Of a stretch of DNA of 63,508 bases, positions 40,997 to 53,166 are shown piece after piece. The stretch is from Thraustochytrium aureum (taxonomy: Eukaryota), in contig BLSG01000125.1 of assembly GCA_012862495.1 (NCBI GenBank), forward strand, positions 11,646 through 75,153, in the 5' to 3' direction. Made by a program: the position numbers and the translations under genes. The notes beneath the pieces are model-generated. The model was not told where the DNA came from and did not search any database. It saw nothing but the letters and a program-made list of their open reading frames with translations. The stretch's first letter is position 1, and each line of letters begins with the position of its first letter.

Positions 40997-41900
40997 TCAC
41001 AGCAAGATGACGAGGGCTGTGACGTTGTCAGTGCTTCCGCGGCTGAGGGCTTCGGAAACAAGCAGCTGCGCAAGCGCGTCCGAGTCTACGCCCTTGTTGT
41101 CGATGGCGTCACAAACGAGCTCAACCCCCTTCTTGGTCACTCATCACGTCCCAGACACCGTCGCACGCAAGAATGAGGAAGCGGTCCCCGCGTCCAGTAC
41201 AGTTCTCGTCGTGTAGGGCCGCGCAACGACAAACTTTTTCATGGCGTGATCCCCAAAACTGCGCGACACCGAGAGGATCCCCAGCACGCGCTTTCGCAAG
41301 ATGAATCCGCCAGCGTCCTCGACCCGCTTCATCTCGCTCGCGTCCGAGGCCTTGTGGTCGAACGAGAGCCTCTCTGCCGTCTGGTTTGCGCGGCAGAGCA
41401 CCGCGCGGCTGTCGCCCACGTTGGCCGTGTAGAGGACACGGTCCCGGCCTTCCTGCCGCAGCAGAGACGTCACGGCAGTAGATCCTGACACGGAGAGGCC
41501 GTGCTTGCTGGTCTGGATGTCGGTGATCAAGTAAGCGCTCGTAAAGCACTCCTCCACGCTGCGCGAGCCAGGCTCAAACTCGAGCTCGGCCAGCATGTTG
41601 TCCGCAAAGTGTTTCGCCAAAAACTCCACAACGCCGCGTCCGCCGTGGCCGTCAAAGACGCCGAACAGCGCTTGCTTTTCGTCGCCGCCGAACGCGTCGA
41701 GCGTGATGTGCGCGTCTTCCATCGTGTTCCTGCATGTCGGGTTCATCTCCTGCGCGACAGCGCTCGCGCCCGCGTCAGCTCGCGCAGAGCCTCGCACCTC
41801 CCTTGCCGCTCGCGCGCCCGCCTCGACTCACCTCGTACTCCGACACGGCCCTCACGGCGCGCCAGCCGGCGCCGTCCGTTGTAGGTGAGGCCTCCGCCAT
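40997..41900 (-). CDS. Protein phosphatase 2C (PPM family); one intron, indels near 41190 and 41128
   Basis: Exon 1 (41900-41832) spliced to EMNPTCRNTMEDAH..FGVFDGHGG..ANVGDSRAVL..DHK..LSVSRSFGD..FLILACDGVWDV..GSTDNVTALVILL*. Confidence 0.92.
41750..41831 (-). other. Spliceosomal intron (82 nt) in PP2C
   Basis: GTGAGT donor at 41831, GCTGAC branch site, CAG acceptor at 41750; phase 0 and in frame. Confidence 0.8.
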
Positions 41901-41963
41901 CTCGCTCGGCGCCCGACGGCCCTGCGCCAGCCCTGCGCCAGCCCTGCGCCACTTCGTGCGCCA

Positions 41964-41964
<1 letters not shown>

Positions 41965-42025
<61 letters not shown>
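41965..42025 (+). repeat. (CCTG)n microsatellite, about 15 units
   Basis: Perfect cctg tandem array upstream of the PP2C start. Confidence 0.95.
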
Positions 42026-42905
42026 CGCGAGGGCCAGCCGTGCGTCGCGCCTGTTGCTGCTGCTCGTCGCGCGGGCCACGAGCGAGCTGTCCTGAAGCGG
42101 CTCTGCTGGCGGCGGTTTTCTTTGGCGTTTGCTTGCTGGGACGATCCGGACTCGAGTTGCTCGCACTCTACCTCCTCCAGGCGGTGGGCTCGATCGAGGC
42201 CGTGCTGCGTCTTGCTTGAAAACGAGCGCCAACTCGAGCGACCGTCGGCCCCGCGCCTGCGCAGCCTGCGCAGCCTGCNNNNNNNNNNNNNNNNNNNNNN
42301 NNNNNNNNNNNNNNNNNNNNNNNNNNNNNNNNNNNNNNNNNNNNNNNNNNNNNNNNNNNNNNNNNNNNNNNNNNNNNNNNNNNNNNNNNNNNNNNNNNNN
42401 NNNNAGTGCGAGCGCGGCCTGCGGTGTGCAGCGCAGTGTGTGGCTTGGACTTGGATTGGTGTGGTGAATCGATGTTGCAAGGCGTTGGCCCCGCGCTCTA
42501 CTCTCGCGGCGACCTGGTGCGGGAAACGAATTGGCCCTGCCGAGCACCTGCCGGAGGAGCGCCTCGCTGCGCCTCTGCGCGAGGCTGCGCGCTGGAGAGG
42601 ACCCAGACCAGCTCCATGGGCGGCGAATCGGGACAGACTGGCTGAGACAGCCTTGCGGTGCTGGCACGCGACGTCCGTGACAAACTTGTTTATGATTCAA
42701 TCAAAGCGAAGATGCACAGAAAGCGCGACGGCTGGCGAGGCCGAGTGGAGCGCTTGCCTGGTTGGGAAGTGCGCCCCTCATGCCAGTGCAGCGTTGTTGG
42801 TCGAGTGTGCTGGGCCCCTGCGCGCGGTGGCTCGCGCTTTGGGCGGCCCCGAAGGGCCCCGCATGCCGCTCGCGCAGCAAGACGCGCGCCGTGGCGGCAG
42901 TGCAG

Positions 42906-43739
42906 CTAGGTGGCCATCTCAAAGCGGACCGCGAGCGACACGGTGGGCGTCAGGCTCTCCACGTCGTGAAGCCACCGCCGAGGAATGTACAGGGCGTCCC
43001 CCGGCTCGAGCTCGGCGAACAACTTGTCCACCTGCGCCGCCGGAGAAGACGCCGCAGCCTTCGTGTAGAGCTCATCGATCGTGCCCGAGGTCGAGCGCAG
43101 CTTCATCAGCGCGGCGAGGAGGCCCCTCGAGCGGTCTGACGACTCTGGCGGGACGAGAACCACGCTCTTTCTCCCGTGAAGATGCAACAGTATGCCGTCG
43201 TCTTCGTCAGACTAGGTCGCCCGCGATAAGCACGTCAGCGAGTCAGCCGGCGCAGGCCATCGGCGGACAAAACCAGCTCAACTCACATGCAGCGCGGTCC
43301 GCAAACCCCGGCTTGTCACCCACACAAAGCTATTGTCGAACAGCACCGAGAAGGCCGCGCTGTGGAAGAGCGGCGGCAAGTCTTCGCTTTCTCGCCAGAA
43401 CTGCGCAGGGTCCATTCGGCATTGGAGAGGCGTTGCGCCGTCCGCCGCAACCCGCGCGAGCACCTCTTCCAGCGCCAAGCGCTGCTTCCTGGAGCTCCAC
43501 TGCGAGACGAAATTGGCGCCCTCCGGATCAGGCAGTAGCGCGTCCACCGCGGCCTTGCCTCGCCCGGACGCCTTGGCCCGCCTGCCGAGCTCTTCGGGGC
43601 TCCACGCCCACCGGCTGCAGCTGAGCGCCCCGAGCGCCTTCTTGGCCAGGAAGGGCTTGCGGCTGGACAGCAGGCGGTCCGCCGAGGCAGCCGAGAGCCG
43701 TGCGCCGTCCACGACAGCGACACGGCCCGCCGCCGCCAT
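42906..43739 (-). CDS. JmjC/cupin-like Fe/2OG hydroxylase (JMJD5/FIH-like), one intron
   Basis: Splicing 43286-43212 gives FVWVTSRGLRTALHSDEDDGILLHLHGRKSVVLVPP...ELEPGDALYIPRRWLHDVES (HxD...H). Confidence 0.85.
43212..43286 (-). other. Spliceosomal intron (75 nt) in the JmjC gene
   Basis: GTGAGT donor, GCTGAC branch sites, TAG acceptor; removal restores the HSD metal-binding motif. Confidence 0.8.
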
Positions 43740-44403
43740 CTGCGCGCCCGGCCTCTTCGCGCTCCGACGGCGCCTGCAGGTACTTCGCTACGATCGCGGA
43801 CACGACGATGGACGAGCCAGCGCGGCCACTCCACCTGAGAGAGGCCGGCCAGGGCCATGGAGAGGAAGAGCGCAGGTCTGCAGACTCAGTGCAGAGTGAT
43901 CGCACGTCCCAGGCCAGCCGAGAGCCAGAGCAGCGCAAGCGGCCCGCCGTGCCCCTCTCTCCCGCCAGAGAGCGAGCTAAGTAGCTCCGCTGGCAGGGCT
44001 CCCTTCTGTGGGCCTCAATAGCGCTCGGGCCTCAGCGCTCGGGCCTCAGCGCTCGGGCTGCAGTGCTCGCTGGCCGCCGAGGTCATTCGCACCGCGGCAG
44101 GAGGGAAAGCAACCGCGGCAGGCAGGCAGGAGGGAAACTGGACTCGCTTGACTCGCGGTGTGCAGCGGCCCTCTCGGCTCTTGATTGAGAGTCAAGTTGA
44201 GAGTCGAGTTGAGACGCAGTCAAGTTGAGACGCAGTCACGCAGGCTGTCAGAGTCTGCTGTGCACTGACGGAGCAGCAGAGCGCCATCGGGACGCTGCGT
44301 TGCGAGGCCGTGCGTGCGGGCTGCAGGGGACGCGAGGGGCGGACGAGGCGCGGGCTGCGGAGGCTGTGGAGGCTGCGGGGCGTTTTGGCTTAGGCGGGCG
44401 GCA

Positions 44404-45065
44404 ATGTCCAGCAAGCCCGGCGACGATTCCGCGGCCCTTGGGCGACGCGGCTCGTGCAGACCGCCGTGGGCGCCGCTGTCGTGTACACAGGCCTGTCCGT
44501 GTGGCGGCTGCTGACTGTGGAGGACTATCAAGGGGACCTGGAGGCCTCGTTCGAAGAGAAGGGGTCGAACTTTTTGACCGAGCTCTATGCGACGTCCAGC
44601 GCGCTCATCTACGGCAACTATGCGTTTCTGCTGGTGTTTGCGCTCGCGATTGCCGTGTGCGCGGTGCGCGGAGTGGCGACCAAGGACCCCAACTTGATCA
44701 AGTGGCATCAGTGCGCGAGCTTTGGCTGCGTGCTCGTTCTGCTCCTCACCATCGCGCTGCTCTTTTCGACCGGCGATCTTTGCTCGTCCGCGACGGGGAA
44801 CTGCGCCTCGTTGCGGACCACGTTTGTGTTCTCCTTGCTCATTTCAATTTTGCTGCTCGTGTTCTACGCGGCGTCCTTTCTCATCGCTCGCAAGCTGCAC
44901 AACTCGCCGACCTTTTACGTCGACCTGCAACCGAGCTTGAGTGGCTCGGCGCCGGGCGAGCGGCTCGTGGACCGTCAGGTGTCTGCATCCTCCTTCATTG
45001 GTGCCAACGTGACCAGACGAGAGGTTATGGAGGACGACGATGTACCGTATGCCATGCCTGTTTGA
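44404..45065 (+). CDS. Hypothetical 4-TM membrane protein (indel near 44442)
   Basis: ATG at 44404, then a frame switch into ORF 44454-45065, which has four hydrophobic helices, a Cys pair and an acidic tail. Confidence 0.6.
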
Positions 45066-45690
45066 TGGCGCCATATTTTTCATTACATGCGCAAGGGACC
45101 GGCCGCGAGGAACCGCCACGGACTTTGGAGGTCCATGGCCAAGCCTCGCGGGCCTGCCTGGCAGTCTGCCTGGCTGCCTGGCTGTGTTTATCGGTTTGCT
45201 GGACGCCTCGCCTCGGAATTATGCAGCAAAACCAAAACCCAAACCCGCGCCAAACAGCAAGTCTTCCACCCAGTTCCACCACCACGCCAAAGGCTGTTGG
45301 CGCAGGGCCTTCCTTGGCGTCTTGTCCTCTTTGGTGCTGTCCCCGGATCTGTCTCTAGATACGAGCCGCGCCCTGCCGCGCCCCGGGCAGCTCGGCCAGC
45401 CGCCCGCGAGACTCGTGGACAACCTGTCGCCCACCGCCTACTTGCAATAAGAGCACTCGCAATTTTGATCGAGGACGACTGCTCCTCGGCAGCCCGCGCG
45501 AGGACAGAAGCGGTTGCGAGAGGCGCGGGGCCGGCGTCCGAGCCAACGGCGTTGAGAGCGAGCGCGCTCCCGTCCGCCAGGCAGATCGCCTGCCTGGCTT
45601 TTCTCTGGGGCTCGCTGGCGTGCCCGCCGGCTTGCTGCTCGCGATCTGGCCAGACGGTGGAGGTGGCTTGCGCGGCCCTTGCGGCCCGCG

Positions 45691-46473
45691 ATGACGCGCG
45701 CAGCAGGGCTCGAGCACGTCTTCAACGAGCCGTGGGAAGCGACGACGACGGCGTTTTGGTGCAAGTACCCGAGCCCAGACCTGGCTCACGTGCGCGATGC
45801 ACTCGTGCTGAGCAGGCACGTGGACGAGAAGGGCGTCCTGCACACCACGCGGTTGATGTGTATCGAGCAGTCCTTGCCTGCGCTCCTGAAGCGCTTTGCG
45901 AACGGACTCGACTCGTACTACGCTCTTGAGCGCAGCACGGTGGACCCTGCGAGGAGGCGCATGGTGCTTGAAACTCGCAACCTGACCTTTGACTCGGTCT
46001 TGGTTGCCGATGAGGTCTGCACGTACGAGGCAACGGAGGACGGCCGCGGCACGCGCTACACCTGGAACGTGAGCTGCTCGTGCACGCGCAAGGTCCCGTT
46101 GATCACGGGCCGCGTCGAGGAGGCGCTCGTCGACAAGGCGCTCGGGAACTCGAGCGCAGGGTTGGCCAAGATGGAGCAGCTCGCTACGGAGGTGTCGCGC
46201 AAGCGCGTTCGCAACGAGAAGCCTGCCTTTTCCCGCTGGCCGACGCGCTTTCCGAGCCGCTCATACACGACCGACGGGACCTCGCGCCTCTTGACACGCA
46301 AAGCTAGTTCGACCCTTTCCCCGCCGGCCGAGCCACGGCGCTTTGGCATGTTCGGCCCTCGCAAGCCGCTGGCCGAGTCCTCGCTCAACCCGTTCAAGCC
46401 GGACGACGCCGGGACGGAGTCGGTGCAACCCGATGGCGTGAGTAGAACTGGCAGCAGCGGCGCATCCACATGA
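45691..46473 (+). CDS. PRELI/MSF1 (Ups/slowmo) lipid-transfer domain protein
   Basis: EHVFNEPWEATTTAFWCKYP..HVRDALVLSRHVDEKGVLHTTRL..ERSTVDP..MVLETRNLTF..EVCTY. Confidence 0.92.
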   Translation: MTRAAGLEHVFNEPWEATTTAFWCKYPSPDLAHVRDALVLSRHVDEKGVLHTTRLMCIEQSLPALLKRFANGLDSYYALERSTVDPARRRMVLETRNLTFDSVLVADEVCTYEATEDGRGTRYTWNVSCSCTRKVPLITGRVEEALVDKALGNSSAGLAKMEQLATEVSRKRVRNEKPAFSRWPTRFPSRSYTTDGTSRLLTRKASSTLSPPAEPRRFGMFGPRKPLAESSLNPFKPDDAGTESVQPDGVSRTGSSGAST

Positions 46474-46685
46474 CGAACCGGGCCGCTGATGGGGCCGGGC
46501 AAGCGCTGAGCCCGAGACTGCAGGCTAGCGCTCTTGCTCTGGGAACTCGAGCTCTCTCTAGCTAGTCTAGAGCTAGTAGAGAGCGCGTTTGCGTGCGAGC
46601 GACTTTTAGAGAGCGAGCTCGAAGCAGTAGAGAGCAGTATATTATCATTCCCTACCTTTTCACTGCTTCGGCGAGCGCCAGGCAC

Positions 46686-48932
46686 CTAGTGCTCTGATAC
46701 GCCCTCGAAAACGGGCGTCAGCCAGGCGACCGCCAGACGCGGCGTCCCAGGCCCAGGCCCGACGCCCGGCCCGCGCCCCGCTGCGCGGTTCTCCACGAAC
46801 ACCGGCAAGCGCTTGGGACCAGTCCACTTGCCGCCGAACTCGGCGGTCAACGCAACGCGCGCGCAAAACCCAGTTCCGCACCGCCGCACCTCTTGCGTCA
46901 CACGCGGAGCCCCCGGCGCTGTCGTGATGTACCCAATCACGGTACGACTGCTGGCATCGCTGACCTTGACCCCGGTCCACGCTTTGCCTTGGCTGGCCCA
47001 GGCGAGTCGGTCTGCAGCTTGGGGCGCGAGGAGACGCGCCCCGGGCTCGAATCTCGCGTGGGCGCCCTTCGGTTGCCGTTCCGCAAGGACCACGCGGACG
47101 TGCACGAGCTCTACGACGCCGCGGGACTGAGCGAGCCGCTTTGGATTGGCTAGAACGTGGGCTCGAGTGAGAGCTTCGCGGCCTTTGCGTGTGTCAAGCG
47201 AATCCCAGGGCGGCGCGACCGGCCAAGGAGCTGGGCTTTGCTTGCCGCGCGGCCGCACTGCCTGTCGCGCGTCAAAGGCGGCCTGCTCGCTGGCCCAAAA
47301 CGCCTCTCCAGCGAGCGAGTCAGGGTAGTCGCGGGGAAACACGCGAGCAGAGCATGCGGCGACTGCGCGCTCCTCGTTTTCCGCGCCGGCCGCGACGCAG
47401 CCAGCCCACACCAAGCGTAGCCATAGGCGTCGCACGAGAGTGCCGTCGTCCCGTGGCAAGACTAGATCCCACGCATGCCCCCCCTCTTGCAATGCGGCGA
47501 GGACCGGCACAGACGGGGACCCGCCCGGACGCCAGTTGGCTGCCTCCTGCATCTCGCCAGCTGCCTTGGCAGAGGCCACGTGCGCGGCCCATGCATTTAC
47601 GAGCAAGCCGCTGGTCTTGTCCTCGTTGATTTCATCCGCGCCCTTGTCGCAAACGTCGTCCGACTCGAGTGTGGCGCGTTCAACCTCCAGAGCGGCAAGG
47701 ACGCCGCACGGGAGACCACGCGGGAGGGTGGCAGCGCCAGGCTCCACGGTGCTCTCCCAAGGCCCACCAAGACGGTCGACTGCCCCTCGAAGCGCTTTGC
47801 CAAGCGCACGGTGAGCCTTGTCGCCGCGGACGCGAAAGCACGCGAGCCGGCCGGTGGCGTCGGTCACTTGCGCGCCCGCAAAGGTTGACCTGAGGCAGTC
47901 GACAAGTTCTGCGCACGCGCGCGGGTCGACGCGCAAGAAGAGCACAGACGTCGGAACGTCCCAGCGGAACCATGCGGGGCAGATGGCGCGGCCGGCCCTC
48001 CCTTCCCCCGCATCGGGTGGCCAGCGCAAGCAATCAATCTCGCCGCAGCGTGCTCCACTCGTCCAAGCGTCACGTAGTACAGCGCTGGCACCGATACTCT
48101 TGAGCAGCGCACTTGTTTCCATGGTGCCCAGCTCGGCAGACAACGACAGCGAGACGAAAGAGTGGTGAGAAGGTCGACACGCTGCAACCCCTGCGCGCGT
48201 GCTCAAGCACGCAGCGCGGNNNNNNNNNNNNNNNNNNNNNNNNNNNNNNNNNNNNNNNNNNNNNNNNNNNNNNNNNNNNNNNNNNNNNNNNNNNNNNNNN
48301 NNNNNNNNNNNNNNNNNNNNNNNNNNNNNNNNNNNNNNNNNNNNNNNNNNNNNNNNNNNNNNNNNNNNNNNNNNNNNNNNNNNNNNNNNNNNNNNNNNNN
48401 NNNNNNNNNNNNNNNNNNNNNNNNNNNNNNNNNNNNNNNNNNNNNNNNNNNNNNNNNNNNNNNNNNNNNNNNNNNNNNNNNNNNNNNNNNNNNNNNNNNN
48501 NNNNNNNNNNNNNNNNNNNNNNNNNNNNNNNNNNNNNNNNNNNNNNNNNNNNNNNNNNNNNNNNNNNNNNNNNNNNNNNNNNNNNNNNNNNNNNNNNNNN
48601 NNNNNNNNNNNNNNNNNNNNNNNNNNNNNNNNNNNNNNNNNNNNNNNNNNNNNNNNNNNNNNNNNNNNNNNNNNNNNNNNNNNNNNNNNNNNNNNNNNNN
48701 NNNNNNNNNNNNNNNNNNNNNNNNNNNNNNNNNNNNNNNNNNNNNNNNNNNNNNNNNNNNNNNNNNNNNNNNNNNNNNNNNNNNNNNNNNNNNNNNNNNN
48801 NNNNNNNNNNNNNNNNNNNNNNNNNNNNNNNNNNNNNNNNNNNNNNNNNNNNNNNNNNNNNNNNNNNNNNNNNNNNNNNNNNNNNNNNNNNNNNGCGAGC
48901 CGCGCACTGCCATCAGACGACTCGCCAAGCAT
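46686..48932 (-). CDS. POP1: RNase P/MRP subunit POP1 (POPLD domain); N-terminal domain in gap, start tentative
   Basis: AWDLVLP..LWLRLVWAG..VFPRDYPDSLAG..RPRGK..VIGYITT..GTGFC..VFVENR match the POPLD and C-terminal motifs. Candidate ATG at 48932. Confidence 0.8.
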   Translation of the reverse strand: MLGESSDGSARLXXXXXXXXXXXXXXXXXXXXXXXXXXXXXXXXXXXXXXXXXXXXXXXXXXXXXXXXXXXXXXXXXXXXXXXXXXXXXXXXXXXXXXXXXXXXXXXXXXXXXXXXXXXXXXXXXXXXXXXXXXXXXXXXXXXXXXXXXXXXXXXXXXXXXXXXXXXXXXXXXXXXXXXXXXXXXXXXXXXXXXXXXXXXXXXXXXXXXXXXXXXXXXXXXXXXXXXXXXXXXXXXXXRAACLSTRAGVAACRPSHHSFVSLSLSAELGTMETSALLKSIGASAVLRDAWTSGARCGEIDCLRWPPDAGEGRAGRAICPAWFRWDVPTSVLFLRVDPRACAELVDCLRSTFAGAQVTDATGRLACFRVRGDKAHRALGKALRGAVDRLGGPWESTVEPGAATLPRGLPCGVLAALEVERATLESDDVCDKGADEINEDKTSGLLVNAWAAHVASAKAAGEMQEAANWRPGGSPSVPVLAALQEGGHAWDLVLPRDDGTLVRRLWLRLVWAGCVAAGAENEERAVAACSARVFPRDYPDSLAGEAFWASEQAAFDARQAVRPRGKQSPAPWPVAPPWDSLDTRKGREALTRAHVLANPKRLAQSRGVVELVHVRVVLAERQPKGAHARFEPGARLLAPQAADRLAWASQGKAWTGVKVSDASSRTVIGYITTAPGAPRVTQEVRRCGTGFCARVALTAEFGGKWTGPKRLPVFVENRAAGRGPGVGPGPGTPRLAVAWLTPVFEGVSEH

Positions 48933-49237
48933 CGCGTTGCCTGCATCGAAGAACAAGCGAGCAGCTCTTTGCAACGGGGAGCAAGGAGCTGTTCTTCGGG
49001 CGTGTGCACATGTGCGAGGAACAAGAGTGCCGTTCCTCTCGCGCCTGTGCATGCCTTGATGGGCAGGGCAGGTTGCAGAGGAAAAGGGGCAGGCGCCGCG
49101 CGCAGAGCAGCAGAGGGCAGCGGGCAGCGGCGGGGCTGCGCAGCGTTCGAGGCGAAGCGCTGGGCGCCGTGCCGGCCGAACGGTCTGCGAGCGCGCTCGT
49201 TGCGTGGCGCTGGCGTGGCGCTGGCTTCGCGGGCGCC

Positions 49238-50981
49238 ATGGTTGGGGTGGGCACCGACACGATTCGAGAGCTCGGCCACCTTGCGTCGGTGGGTCAGCTG
49301 GAGTCCGTGAAAGAGGTCCTGGACCGGGATCCCGACTGGCTGGACAGCTATGACTTTCGCGGGGCGACACCGCTCATCCGCGCTGTGGAGAACAACCAGG
49401 TGCGCGTGGTCGAGTTTTTGCTGGCAAGGGGGGCCAACGTCAACATGGCGACCACCGACAAGTGGACGGCGCTGCACCACTGCGTAAGCAAGGACCGCGG
49501 GCACTTGGAGTGCCTGCGCCTCATCTTGGCGCGCAGGCCAAGGGTGAACGTCGGCAACTCGGACGGCAACGCTGCACTGAACCTGTGCGCGATGAACAAC
49601 TTTGAGGAGTGCGCAATCGAGCTGCTCAACCACGGCGCCAACATCGACCACGTCAACAAAGCGCGGTGGAGTGCCGTGATGCAGGCATGCTCCAAGGGGC
49701 GCGGGTATCGCAACATGGTGGAGCTTTTGATCAGCCGCAAAGCCAACGTCAACCTTGTCAAGGACGACGGCGACACCGCGCTGGGGCTCTGCTGCCTCAA
49801 TGGATTCTACGAGTGCGCCGAGGTCCTCGTCGAGAACGGGGCAAATGTCAACACACAAAAGTCCAACCTGTGGAGCCCGCTCATGCACTGCTGCGGGAAG
49901 GGGCGCGGCCACCACAAGATTGTCGAGCTTCTACTCGAGCACTCAGCCGACGTGGAGACTCTGAATGACGACGGCAACTCGGCCCTGGCAATTTGCTGCA
50001 TGAACGGCTTTTCCGTTATCGCGCGAATGCTCCTTGAAAAGGGCGCCGCGGTGGCCAGGCAGAGCAAGGGTGGCTGGGGTATGCTGCACCAAACAGTCTG
50101 CAAGGGACGTGGGACGCCCGCACACGCCGAGATCGCTGAGCTGCTCATTGACCACGGCGTCGACCTGGACGTGAAAAACCACGAGCGCAACACGGCACTC
50201 AACCTGGCCGCAATGAACGGCTTTGCCGACATTGCCGAGCTCCTCATCGCGAGACGGGCCAACGTGGACAACCAGGCCACCGATGGATGGAGTCCTTTGC
50301 ATTGCTGCGCTGGATCGGGCCGCGGCTACCGGCGCATCGCTTGCGCCTTGATCGCCGCTGGCGCCAGAGTCGACGTGCGCAACAACCAGGGTGTGACCCC
50401 GCTTGGGCTGTGCGCGATGAACAACTTCAAGGAAATCGCGGACGACTTGGTCTCCGCCGGGGCCAACGTCAACAGCCAGAGCGACTCTGGCTGGACGGCC
50501 CTCATGGAGGCGGCTGCTGCGCAGCGCGGCCACAACAGCATTGCCCAGATGCTCCTCAAGGCGGGTGCCCAGGTGGACTTGAGGAATGAGGACGGCTTTT
50601 CCGTTCTCCACCTCGCCTCGCTGCACAACTTTGGCCGCATTGTGTCGCTCGTACTCGCCAAAGGTGCCAACGTTGACCTCAAAGAGAACGACGGCTGGAC
50701 GCCGCTCCACTGCGCCTGCAGCGAGGACCGCGGCTACGTGGACATTGTCAAGCAGCTTATTGGCCACGGCTGCGATATCAACGCGGTGGATAAGGACGGC
50801 TGGAACGCGGTCAGCTTTTGCACCGACTGGGAATCGCCTTCAGAGCTTCTTGACATACTGGCAAAGGCAGGCGCCGACCTAAACCGCCCAATCCTCTCCG
50901 GCCTGACGCCGCTGATGCGGGCAGCCAGGCGTGGGTTCGTCAGCAAGGTCAAGCAGCTCGTCCGCCTCGGCGCCAGCATTG
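49238..50981 (+). CDS. Ankyrin-repeat protein (about 16-17 repeats), 3' end in gap
   Basis: Serial GxTPL/WTALH..G..EIAELL..GANVN repeats. Confidence 0.95.
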
Positions 50982-51796
50982 NNNNNNNNNNNNNNNNNNN
51001 NNNNNNNNNNNNNNNNNNNNNNNNNNNNNNNNNNNNNNNNNNNNNNNNNNNNNNNNNNNNNNNNNNNNNNNNNNNNNNNNNNNNNNNNNNNNNNNNNNNN
51101 NNNNNNNNNNNNNNNNNNNNNNNNNNNNNNNNNNNNNNNNNNNNNNNNNNNNNNNNNNNNNNNNNNNNNNNNNNNNNNNNNNNNNNNNNNNNNNNNNNNN
51201 NNNNNNNNNNNNNNNNNNNNNNNNNNNNNNNNNNNNNNNNNNNNNNNNNNNNNNNNNNNNNNNNNNNNNNNNNNNNNNNNNNNNNNNNNNNNNNNNNNNN
51301 NNNNNNNNNNNNNNNNNNNNNNNNNNNNNNNNNNNNNNNNNNNNNNNNNNNNNNNNNNNNNNNNNNNNNNNNNNNNNNNNNNNNNNNNNNNNNNNNNNNN
51401 NNNNNNNNNNNNNNNNNNNNNNNNNNNNNNNNNNNNNNNNNNNNNNNNNNNNNNNNNNNNNNNNNNNNNNNNNNNNNNNNNNNNNNNNNNNNNNNNNNNN
51501 NNNNNNNNNNNNNNNNNNNNNNNNNNNNNNNNNNNNNNNNNNNNNNNNNNNNNNNNNNNNNNNNNNNNNNNNNNNNNNNNNNNNNNNNNNNNNNNNNNNN
51601 NNNNNNNNNNNNNNNNNNNNNNNNCTCGGTCAATAGGGCGCGCGAGCAGGCCCTGCAGGTTGGCCGTTGTGCCCCTGATCCCAACAGACAGATCAGCCAA
51701 CAAGCGCGCGCTCAGAGGGACAGCAACAGGGTCGCCCGTCAGCGACTGAACGGGCACAGAACAGGCAGGCCGGTACACGACGAAGGCGCTGGAAAG

Positions 51797-52812
51797 ATGC
51801 TCGGTGAGTTGCACGCTGCGCGCCGCCCTTGTCCGTTGGCCGGTCTGAAGGCCCGCCCCGCGCTGCTGGTCGTGCGAGTCGCTTGCGAGGTGAAGCTGAC
51901 GTTCGCTGTGTGCCGTGCCTTGGACCGGCGCCAGTGCTCATGCGGCATGGGCAGTCCATGTGGAACAGGGGTAAGTAGTCTCTCGGCGCCGCGCTGCTGG
52001 CAACGACGAAGCAACGAGTACGGAAGACAGGGCTAACCTCCAACGCTCCAAAGACCCAAAGAAGCCCAACCTGCCCTGGAAGTATGCAGGCGCCGTGGAC
52101 GTGCCCCTGAGCGAAGAAGGGATCAAAGAGGCAATGAACGCGGGCCGCGCGCTGCGCGAAATCCCAATCGACGTGGTGTACTGCTCCATGCTTATCCGCG
52201 CGCAGACGACGACCCTGATCGCGCTCGCGACCCACCAGGACGGCAAGGCCCCACTGCTAGTTCGCGACAGCGCCGAGTCCAACCCAAATGAGCGTGGCAT
52301 GCGCGCACACAAAGCCAAGATGTCAAAGGGCTCGCACCAAACTGTCCTGCCGGTGTACTGCTCGAATCAACTCAACGAGCGCTCGTTCGGGAGTCTCCAG
52401 GGCATGTACGAATGGGAGCAAAAGCGCAAGTACTCGAAGGCAGACCTTCAAGACTTTCGCCGCGAGTGGCTGGTCCCGTTCCCGGATGGGGAGAGCCAAG
52501 CGGAGGTCTACGACAGGACCATCCGCTTCTTTGAGCGCCACATCCGCGGCCAACTTGATGAGGGCAGGAACGTGGTCGTTTGCTGCCACGGTTTTCGTGG
52601 TGCGAGCCATCCTCGCGCACATCCTCGATCTCAACCCGATGCGGTTCAAAGAGGAGATGGAGCTCGACCTCAAGCACGACCCGCGATCGCTCCTGCACTC
52701 GGAAAACGCCATCCCGCGCATTTTCAAGTACACCAAGTCGGAGGATCCGCGGATGCCCAACAACGGGCGCTTCCTCGATATTTCTGCTACTTACCCGATG
52801 GCCAAGCTCTGA
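51797..52812 (+). CDS. Histidine phosphatase / cofactor-dependent phosphoglycerate mutase family; two introns, indel near 52595
   Basis: Splicing 51804-51934 and 51971-52053 gives MLVLMRHGQSMWNRD..AGAVDVPLSEEGIKEA..YCSMLIRAQTT..LNERSFGSLQG..PDGES..NVVVCCHG-FVVRAIL. Confidence 0.87.
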
Positions 52813-53166
52813 TTGTGGAAGGGCCGCGTCCGGTTCTGCAACCGTTTGGGGAGTTTGAGTTGTCCCCTTCCCGTGCGGGCGATCACATGCACTCCGTTCT
52901 TATTATCAATGGAAGCTATTCTCTTGATCAACCACGTTCTTGTCGGTCAGGCTCTGTTACAGTAGTTCTTGCTCTCTACAAGTGGAGCTCAGCTAGCTCG
53001 AGAGCTAGCTCTCTCGCTTTCTTGTAGCTACTAGCTCTAGCTAGAGAGAGCTCTCTCTCGCTAGAGCTAGCTCTCGCTCTCGCGGCGTTCGTGTCGCAGC
53101 TCGCCGCTCCCCCTTGCCTGCCACCCCACACGCAACACTCACTCGCAAACTCCCGCAAGAAAAAGC

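Noticed and set aside
48113..52036. 1307-aa ORF suggesting an ankyrin-phosphoglycerate mutase fusion
   Set aside because: Continuity exists only through Ns. Sequence 51625-51796 looks like promoter/UTR, and the PGM has its own ATG with a canonical intron.
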